Of a DNA stretch of 31,014 bases, positions 24,686-31,014 are shown piece by piece. The notes under the pieces were generated by a model. It was not told the DNA's origin, ran no database searches, and saw only the letters and a list, made by a program, of their open reading frames with translations. How positions within the stretch are numbered: the first letter of the stretch is position 1; each line of letters starts with the position of its first letter. The DNA comes from a virus (lineage: Duplodnaviria > Caudoviricetes), in IMG/VR virus record IMGVR_UViG_3300006120_000061, positions 1 through 31,014 of that record. One strand, written 5' to 3'. A program made the position numbers and the translations under genes.

Positions 24686-25618
24686 ATGGCACCAGTATCA
24701 GCATCACAAACAGCAGCAGACGTAAATGCAGCCAGACAACAAGGGCAAGCATTACAAAATCAATATAACCAACAAGCTGGTCAGACTTATGGTCAGTATC
24801 AGAATACGCTAGGAACTGCTCAACAATCACAGCAAAGTTTACAGGACTACGCTAACCAAATGGCTAAAACTAATTATGGTGATGTATATGCACAAGATTT
24901 AGCATCTGCACAGCAACAATATGGATTTAACCCTCAATCATTAGCTCTAGCAAATAAAAACTTACTTAACACACAAACTGCTTTACAATATGCCCCACAA
25001 GCTGCTCAACAAGGTGGGAACTATTATGGTGCTACTGCTGGTCAAACACAGCAAGCATACCAGAACATGGGTCAAAATCTTAATGCCACATTAGCTAACC
25101 AATCTAACGCTGTTAATCAATATCAAAACTTATTGTCTGCAACTCAAAATCAAGCCAATCAACAAGCTGGACAGCAAATAGCTGGTTCAACTGCAACATC
25201 AGATGCGTTAACAAACGCTGCAGCTCAAGCTAATCAAGTAATGGCTAATGCTGAAAAAACAATGAACGACATAGAAACTTTGCAACAAAGTCAAGGTAAA
25301 GTTACTGCAGATCAAATTGCTGCATATCAGAATGCTTACAATAATTATCTATCAGCTAAAGCTTCCCAAGTTTCTGCTCAAGGTCAATTATTATCAGGAC
25401 AAGCTGCAAAGCAAACTTCAGACCAACAAATTACTCAATACCAAAACTTACAGGCTGGAATGAAAGCTATATATGGTAACGATTGGCAAAAAGCTATTGC
25501 ATATTTGCAAAATGGTCAAAGTGTCCCAGCTAATTTATCAAGCGCACCAACTCCTCAATCTAGTGTTACTATAGGCGGAGGCGGTGGTGGTGTATCAGGA
25601 AGTAGTGTATTACGATGA
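24686..25618 (+). CDS. Gln/Ala-rich helical protein, putative internal virion/DNA ejection protein
   Basis: 310 aa; composition and position after tail genes. Confidence 0.55.
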   Translation: MAPVSASQTAADVNAARQQGQALQNQYNQQAGQTYGQYQNTLGTAQQSQQSLQDYANQMAKTNYGDVYAQDLASAQQQYGFNPQSLALANKNLLNTQTALQYAPQAAQQGGNYYGATAGQTQQAYQNMGQNLNATLANQSNAVNQYQNLLSATQNQANQQAGQQIAGSTATSDALTNAAAQANQVMANAEKTMNDIETLQQSQGKVTADQIAAYQNAYNNYLSAKASQVSAQGQLLSGQAAKQTSDQQITQYQNLQAGMKAIYGNDWQKAIAYLQNGQSVPANLSSAPTPQSSVTIGGGGGGVSGSSVLR

Positions 25619-27669
25619 ACCCAACCACATCCCAACTATTAGATAATGCAGATGTAAGTGTAGGAGCACAGCCAACAAGAAATGTTGGTAGTTTAACTAT
25701 AGGTTCAGCATTACCTCAACAAACAGCATCAGTTGCTCAAGGAGTACCTCAAACAAGCAACCCAATGGCACAACCAGCTTCTGACAGGGGTAATTGGTTT
25801 ACTAAAGCCCTACCTACTATTGGTGGAGTATTAGGAGGTCTAGTTAGTCTTCCAGCCGAAGCTTTAGATTTAGTTAGTGGCGTTGGCGGTACAGCATTAA
25901 ACATAGCTGGTGCAGGTGCAGGCGCAGCTTTAGGACAAAAGCTAGAAAATGCTTTAACTGGAACTCAAGGTAGTACAATAGGTGCTGGTGTTTCTGGTAC
26001 TTTGGGTCAGATAGCTGGTGGTACTGTTGGCAAACTAGCATCTGGCGCATTAAAAATAGGTGGAAACTTAGCTGGTGCTGGTGCAGATCAATTTGTAGCT
26101 GGACAAGCTTCAAAAGGACTTATTGGAAAAGATTTAGCTCAAGACTTGAGAGTTAATCATGGAATTACTAACATTGGTAATCAAGGGGCTAAAATTGCAG
26201 GAATTATTACTGGTTCTTCAGATTCAGCTCCTGGACAAGCTCTTGTTAACAAAGTTGTCGAAAACGGTATATTTAAGAATGGCCCTCAAAGAATTGATTT
26301 AGCAGATTTAACTGCTAGAAAACTAACTGGCAAGACAGCTTCAGTAGCACAAGGTCAAGCACAGTCATCTGGAAATCTTGCTGAAAGTTTTATGGAACAA
26401 AATGCTTTGATACCAGAACAAAGAAATGCTATTAGAGCACAACTAGGAGCTATCTCCGATGCTCAAGGTAAAACAATATCAGGTGCTACCGATTCTTCTG
26501 GTGCTTTGAACTTTCTTAGAAGAGTAAACAGCTTAGCAGATGAAGAAAGACAAGCATATCTAAAAAGTGGCTATACTGATACCGAGGCTAAAAATATGAT
26601 GAAAACTTATGAACAAATTGGTAATGAAGTAAACGATAGAATATTCAGTCCTGGTGGTCAATCTGTAGCGGTTAGCCAAGCAGAGAAAGACGCTTTAATA
26701 AAAGATATACAAACACATGTAGCACCAGTTAACCAAAAAGCTGCATTAGCAATTACAAATGATGTTAAAAATTCTAATACATATTCCGATTTAAGAAAAC
26801 TACAAGCTAAATGGGTTACAGTTAATCAGGCTGTTCAAAAAACTTCAGATTTGGCTGCTAAAAACTATGGAACAAGCGCTGGTGATTTTATGAGAGCTGG
26901 ATTACCTATGATTGGTGCATTAACTGGTGGTCCTAAAGGGGCAATAGCTGGTGCTGGTTTAGCCGCTGCTAGTGCATTAAATCCATTGGAAGCTGCAGGT
27001 GCAGGTATATTAACTAAAGCACAAAAAGCTGCAACAGGTAAAGTATCACAAGATATATTACCAGCACTATCAAGAGCTGCTGGTGTAGCTGGTGCAACTG
27101 GTATTAATATGGCAACACAACCATCGGCTAGTACACAAGTAGGCGTAGGAGGAACACAACAACAACAAGGAGTAAATATGGGAAATCAACAAGATCAAAG
27201 TCTGGCTTCAAATCCATTCTTATCATTAACAGGTCAAGCACCTTCAGTGTTACAACCAATAGCTATGCAAGCATTATTAGGTATGTTTGCACCTTCATTA
27301 ATGAATCAAGGTACAACAACTGCTGCTGCTAACGCATCACAACAAGTACAAAAAGCCCAGCAAGCTGGTGCTCAATTACAAGCTTTAATGCAACAATACA
27401 ATCAAGGTGGTGGTGCGCAAGGTGGTATTTTGGGTACATTAGCTCCAATCAAAGCTGCTATTACAGGTGGTCCTGCTGGAAGTTATGGTGCAAATGCAAA
27501 CCAAGTATTACAGCAAATATCTCAGGCTACAGGTGTTCCTGCAAACCAATTAACTGCTCCTCAGTTATCACAAAACCAAGCAGCTGCTGGAAACACAGTA
27601 CAGCAATTAGTGGCACTATTAAACGCTTCAGGTGCAAATGTCGGCGCTCAGCCAACTATGGCTCGGTAA
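25615..27669 (+). CDS. Gly/Ala-rich protein, putative DNA ejection/pilot protein
   Basis: 684 aa; glycine-zipper hydrophobic segments (GGVLGGLV, GAGAGAALG, GAIAGAGLAA). Confidence 0.55.
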   Translation: MNPTTSQLLDNADVSVGAQPTRNVGSLTIGSALPQQTASVAQGVPQTSNPMAQPASDRGNWFTKALPTIGGVLGGLVSLPAEALDLVSGVGGTALNIAGAGAGAALGQKLENALTGTQGSTIGAGVSGTLGQIAGGTVGKLASGALKIGGNLAGAGADQFVAGQASKGLIGKDLAQDLRVNHGITNIGNQGAKIAGIITGSSDSAPGQALVNKVVENGIFKNGPQRIDLADLTARKLTGKTASVAQGQAQSSGNLAESFMEQNALIPEQRNAIRAQLGAISDAQGKTISGATDSSGALNFLRRVNSLADEERQAYLKSGYTDTEAKNMMKTYEQIGNEVNDRIFSPGGQSVAVSQAEKDALIKDIQTHVAPVNQKAALAITNDVKNSNTYSDLRKLQAKWVTVNQAVQKTSDLAAKNYGTSAGDFMRAGLPMIGALTGGPKGAIAGAGLAAASALNPLEAAGAGILTKAQKAATGKVSQDILPALSRAAGVAGATGINMATQPSASTQVGVGGTQQQQGVNMGNQQDQSLASNPFLSLTGQAPSVLQPIAMQALLGMFAPSLMNQGTTTAAANASQQVQKAQQAGAQLQALMQQYNQGGGAQGGILGTLAPIKAAITGGPAGSYGANANQVLQQISQATGVPANQLTAPQLSQNQAAAGNTVQQLVALLNASGANVGAQPTMAR

Positions 27670-27951
27670 TTAATTCTTTTTTAGTTCAGCTTTTATTGCT
27701 TCTGTTGGTACTTCTCTAACAAATAATATGTTGTCTTCTTTTTCTAAATCTATTTCAAATACTAAGTTCTGGTCATCGCTGTAATCAAATCTGTTATTAC
27801 AAACTTGGTATAGGTACCCTGAAATAATCTTATCTTTGTAAACATTAAACTGGCAGGAAATGTTAACTAACTTGATGTAATTTACTTCCCTATCTGTTAG
27901 TTCATGCTTTGTGCCTTTTGGTTCTTTCTCAGCGTTCTTAATTTTACCCAT
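27670..27951 (-). CDS. hypothetical protein
   Basis: 93 aa, AAGGAG SD, last gene of the groES/EL operon. Confidence 0.7.
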   Translation of the reverse strand: MGKIKNAEKEPKGTKHELTDREVNYIKLVNISCQFNVYKDKIISGYLYQVCNNRFDYSDDQNLVFEIDLEKEDNILFVREVPTEAIKAELKKN

Positions 27952-27960
27952 TACATCTCC

Positions 27961-28206
27961 TTATAGTTTTTTTAAGTCTTGGTCACTAGGTAAGAAATTA
28001 TATACTTCTTTGCTTTCCATTGGAAAAGCTTTCACAAAGTCTTCGTTAACACTACCATCTCTTTTATATGGCTGAACAATATCTCTAGCGTGGTCATTTC
28101 TTTGCATATTGTGATCATGCTGTTTGAAAGTAGCATTATATCTACCTGTCATTTGGTCAATGTTTGGTTGACCCCTGTGATATTTACCATCTAATATATA
28201 ACCCAT
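27961..28206 (-). CDS. hypothetical protein
   Basis: 81 aa, TAATG coupling. Confidence 0.7.
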   Translation of the reverse strand: MGYILDGKYHRGQPNIDQMTGRYNATFKQHDHNMQRNDHARDIVQPYKRDGSVNEDFVKAFPMESKEVYNFLPSDQDLKKL

Positions 28207-28490
28207 TATCTTGGCTTAACCTTTACATTAAGATTCATTTCTCTAAGGCGTTCGGATTCTTCCCATTCAAGTTGTTGAGGTGTTTTAGGTTCAACAACAC
28301 CAACTTCACCATCTTGGTTAATTCTTTGTATAGTTCCGCCATTGTAACTACCAGCAGTAGCCCCTATTTCTGGTTCTGGTTCGGATATTTTCTTTTCTAG
28401 TTTCTTTATAGTAGTTTGTAAGTCTTTATAAACATATCCTACAACTGTGCCAATAAGTGCAAAGATTAAAATCTCTACAATAGTTTTCAT
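28206..28490 (-). CDS. hypothetical protein with an N-terminal transmembrane segment
   Basis: 94 aa, IVEILIFALIGTVVGYVY; TAATG coupling to groEL. Confidence 0.7.
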   Translation of the reverse strand: MKTIVEILIFALIGTVVGYVYKDLQTTIKKLEKKISEPEPEIGATAGSYNGGTIQRINQDGEVGVVEPKTPQQLEWEESERLREMNLNVKVKPR

Positions 28491-30043
28491 TAGTCTGACT
28501 TCATTTCTCTGTCTTTGAAAGTAATTGCAACAGATGTAGTCACAAGTGTAGAGACAACGCTAATAGCATTTCTAACTGTTTCTTTGACAACTTCGGCTGG
28601 GTCAATGATTCCTGCTTCTAATAAGTTTACTGGTTTATCAGCATCAATGCGTAAGTCAAAGCCATGCCATTCCTTAGAATTGTGTAAAGCATATAGAGCG
28701 CCCTCAGGGTTAAAACCAGCGTTCTCAACCAATGTCTTGAATGGTGCTTCAAATGCGTCTTGGAAAGCCTCTGTGCGTACTCTAGCTAGTGTTGTTGCTC
28801 CACCAGGAACAATACCATCACGAATTGCAGCTTGTGTACTTGCAATAGCATCTTCAACTCGCAATTGGACTTCACCACGCTCTACTTGTGTAGGTGCGCC
28901 AACTTTAATGATTGCAACTTTACCTGTCAATGCACTAAGTCGTTTCTTTATTTCTTCTTTGTCTATTAGGCTTTCAGCTTCTTCTAGTTGTGTTCGGAGA
29001 TCAGCAACTCGCATATCTATGTCTTCTTGTGCGCCTTCACCATTCATAATAGTTGTTGAATAACTGTTAACTACTACTTTCTCGGCTGAACCAAGCATGT
29101 TGACTTGAAATGATTTAGCGTTTGCTCCTGTAGGAAATACAGTACCATTAGTATAAGATGCAATATCTTCTAGGAATAGGCTTCTTAGTGGTCCATATAC
29201 AGGTACATCAACAAGTGTTGGGAAGATGTTCTTGTTAACTTTGTTAAGTGCTAAAGTGGCTAGTGCTTCATCTACTACTTCACCAATAATTACTAAGTCA
29301 CTACCTTTACCACCAGCCATTATAATCTTCTCTAAGATTGGTGCTATGTCTGAAGCTGTCTGTAATGTTTTCTCGGTAATAAATATGTCAGCATCGTCTA
29401 TCTTAGATTCAAGATTAGTCAAGTTGTTAATAAGGAATTCATTAGTGAAACCCTTTCGGAAGTAAAACCCATCCACTTCTTCATCGTATGAACCAATTCC
29501 GTCAAATTCCTCAACAATAATGTTAGATTCTAGTCCAACTCTTTCCATAACATCGGCAATCATGTCTCCTATTGCTTCATCGCTTGCAGAAACTTTAGCC
29601 ACAAATCTTGTAAGTTCTGGTGTAGTTTCTTTTTTCATAGCATCAATTTGCTCAATAACATCAATAGCTACTTCTTTTAGCTTGCGAGATACAACCATAC
29701 GATTGTGTCCAGCACTAATAAGTTTCATAGCTTCTTTGTATAGGTGGTAGCTTAGGATTACGACAGCAGTAGTTCCATCTCCAACTAGCTTGTTAGATTT
29801 TTCACTAGCTTGAACAATGTAGCGTGCGCCCATGTTCTCAACAGCATCTTCTAAGTAAACCTTGCGTACATTAGTAACACCATCTCTGGAACTAAGTGGA
29901 TCACCAAAATTTAATTCTAGTGAAGCATTACCTGCGCCAGGTCCATAAGCCGCTTTAGCAACTCTATAAACCTTTTCAACACCTTTGGCTAATTTATCTT
30001 CAAGTTGTTCTTCGTACCATATATCTCTACTGAGTTTAGACAT
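28490..30043 (-). CDS. groEL: divergent phage-encoded GroEL/Cpn60-like chaperonin
   Basis: 517 aa; YGPG, DGVT, GDGTT, GKVAIIKVGAPT, RVEDA, GIVPGG and AGIIDP motifs. Confidence 0.93.
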   Translation of the reverse strand: MSKLSRDIWYEEQLEDKLAKGVEKVYRVAKAAYGPGAGNASLELNFGDPLSSRDGVTNVRKVYLEDAVENMGARYIVQASEKSNKLVGDGTTAVVILSYHLYKEAMKLISAGHNRMVVSRKLKEVAIDVIEQIDAMKKETTPELTRFVAKVSASDEAIGDMIADVMERVGLESNIIVEEFDGIGSYDEEVDGFYFRKGFTNEFLINNLTNLESKIDDADIFITEKTLQTASDIAPILEKIIMAGGKGSDLVIIGEVVDEALATLALNKVNKNIFPTLVDVPVYGPLRSLFLEDIASYTNGTVFPTGANAKSFQVNMLGSAEKVVVNSYSTTIMNGEGAQEDIDMRVADLRTQLEEAESLIDKEEIKKRLSALTGKVAIIKVGAPTQVERGEVQLRVEDAIASTQAAIRDGIVPGGATTLARVRTEAFQDAFEAPFKTLVENAGFNPEGALYALHNSKEWHGFDLRIDADKPVNLLEAGIIDPAEVVKETVRNAISVVSTLVTTSVAITFKDREMKSD

Positions 30044-30293
30044 TTGCGTATCCTTTTATATCTTTATAACTAATAAATGAATATGTTTTATCGTCTACGC
30101 TAAATTGGGTACCATCTTTAAAATCTTCAAAAAATACTTTCTTGCCAAGTAATATCTCGTGGTCTTCATTAGATACAGCTTTGACTATTCCAGATGTCTT
30201 TGTTGAGTATTGTTTATCTGGTGTAACAACTGCGCTGTATGTTTCAGCTAGTTCTATGAGTACATTATTGTTGATTGGCGTTAACTCATTCAT
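30036..30293 (-). CDS. groES: GroES/Cpn10-like co-chaperonin
   Basis: 85 aa; LTPINNNVLIE, SGIVKAV, GKKVFF and KDIKG match the GroES layout; adjacent to groEL. Confidence 0.85.
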   Translation of the reverse strand: MNELTPINNNVLIELAETYSAVVTPDKQYSTKTSGIVKAVSNEDHEILLGKKVFFEDFKDGTQFSVDDKTYSFISYKDIKGYANV

Positions 30294-30301
30294 TGATTTT
30301 T

Positions 30302-30343
30302 ATTATAGCAGTATGCCGATTATGATGCAATCTATGTTATAAT
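30302..30343. promoter_or_regulatory. back-to-back promoters for groES-groEL (minus) and HNH (plus)
   Basis: Minus: TTGCAT(30330-30325)-N17-(TGc)TATAAT(30307-30302). Plus: TGtTATAAT 30335-30343. Confidence 0.7.
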
Positions 30344-30349
30344 AAAGTA

Positions 30350-30880
30350 ATGAAATCATGTATTAAATGTTTTGAAAATAATCAAAAAAAATTACGATTA
30401 TATTCGCCATATTGTCTAAAATGTAATTCAGAAAGAATAAAAAAATATTATAAAAAAAATGAAAAATATAGAGAGTATGCTAAAAACTTCAGTGTTAATA
30501 AATATAAAAAACAAATAAACGGTAAATATAAACTAGTACACAAATCTGTAACATTAGAAGAAAGGATTAAAAAATTTTGGGAACAAGCAAAACTAAACGT
30601 CAAAAATGGTTGTTGGGAATGGCAAGGATATATATTTTATCCCAAAAGAACGCCTGAAGGATATGGTAAAAATGGTCATCCTATAAAAAATGAACAAGCT
30701 GCTCATAGGATTTCATATACAATTGCTAATGATGTACCAATCCCAAAAGGTTATGTAGTAAGACATGGTTGCAACAATACAATTTGTGTTAACCCTTATC
30801 ATTTAGATATAGGAACTGTAGCAGATAATAACAAGGATAAAATAGTTCAAAATAAATCTGTTGGTATTGTCTGGAGTTGA
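30350..30880 (+). CDS. HNH (His-Cys box-like) homing endonuclease
   Basis: CWEWQG...GYG...AHRISY...VRHGCNNTICVNPYHL...NNKD; N-terminal CxxC...CxxC; visibly more A-rich than its flanks. Confidence 0.9.
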   Translation: MKSCIKCFENNQKKLRLYSPYCLKCNSERIKKYYKKNEKYREYAKNFSVNKYKKQINGKYKLVHKSVTLEERIKKFWEQAKLNVKNGCWEWQGYIFYPKRTPEGYGKNGHPIKNEQAAHRISYTIANDVPIPKGYVVRHGCNNTICVNPYHLDIGTVADNNKDKIVQNKSVGIVWS

Positions 30881-30943
30881 TAAATAATATATAATCTCAA
30901 TAGATAGGCAAATATATCAGCCCCAAGTAACTGGGGTTTTTTT
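30867..30943 (+). promoter_or_regulatory. promoter + TAGGCAA leader + terminator, copy 6
   Basis: TTGTCT-N17-TATAAT(30890); TAGGCAA 30905; AGCCCCA-AGTAAC-TGGGG-T7. Confidence 0.8.
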
Positions 30944-30964
30944 AATTTATAAAGGAAATAATAA

Positions 30965-31014
30965 ATGTTAGTCAAAGACTTACTTAAAGCAGATTTACCA
31001 CCAACACATGCAGA
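30965..31014 (+). CDS. start of a gene truncated by the window edge
   Basis: AAAGGA SD, then ATG: MLVKDLLKADLPPTHA. Confidence 0.55.
   Translation, partial: MLVKDLLKADLPPTHA

Noticed and set aside
28206-28490. Membrane ORF as a holin or spanin
   Set aside because: No endolysin is recognisable nearby, and it is coupled to groEL on the non-late strand.
30294-30349. CIRCE/HrcA heat-shock operator upstream of groES
   Set aside because: No TTAGCACTC-N9-GAGTGCTAA is present.
1-31014. Stop-codon reassignment
   Set aside because: Genes tile densely under the standard code, TAG and TGA both end genes with coupled downstream starts, and there is no suppressor tRNA.

Overview
An AT-rich segment of a tailed dsDNA phage genome (Caudoviricetes, standard genetic code, host not determinable from this window). 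It is probably podovirus-like, since no tape-measure, sheath or long-tail genes are recognisable. Left to right: (1) a leftward early operon of small ORFs plus a putative single-strand annealing protein (1-1759); (2) a 1.2-kb ORF-free region densely packed with sigma70-type promoters, terminators and hairpins, containing tRNA-Thr(UGU) (1760-2951); (3) a rightward morphogenesis module: terminase small and large subunits, a Mu Com-like zinc-ribbon protein, a DNA methyltransferase, portal, scaffold, major capsid, capsid accessory proteins, Thr/Gly-rich fibre-like proteins, tail adaptor/nozzle and Gln/Gly-rich ejection-like proteins (2952-27669); (4) a leftward groES-groEL operon with three small ORFs; (5) an HNH endonuclease and the start of another gene. 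The standout signal is a six-copy cis-element. A sigma70-like promoter is followed at about +1 by TAGGCAA-N7/8-AGCCC(C)-loop-GGG(G)-T6-8, i.e. a conserved leader that ends in an intrinsic terminator. It sits directly in front of the portal, capsid, fibre, tail-block and ejection genes and the last gene. This implies a late-gene attenuation/antitermination switch, and the Com-like protein is the best in-window candidate activator. The non-coding region looks like a cluster of small RNAs, one of which is complementary to the ribosome-binding site of the first early gene. All protein calls come from motif recognition and gene order, not database searches.
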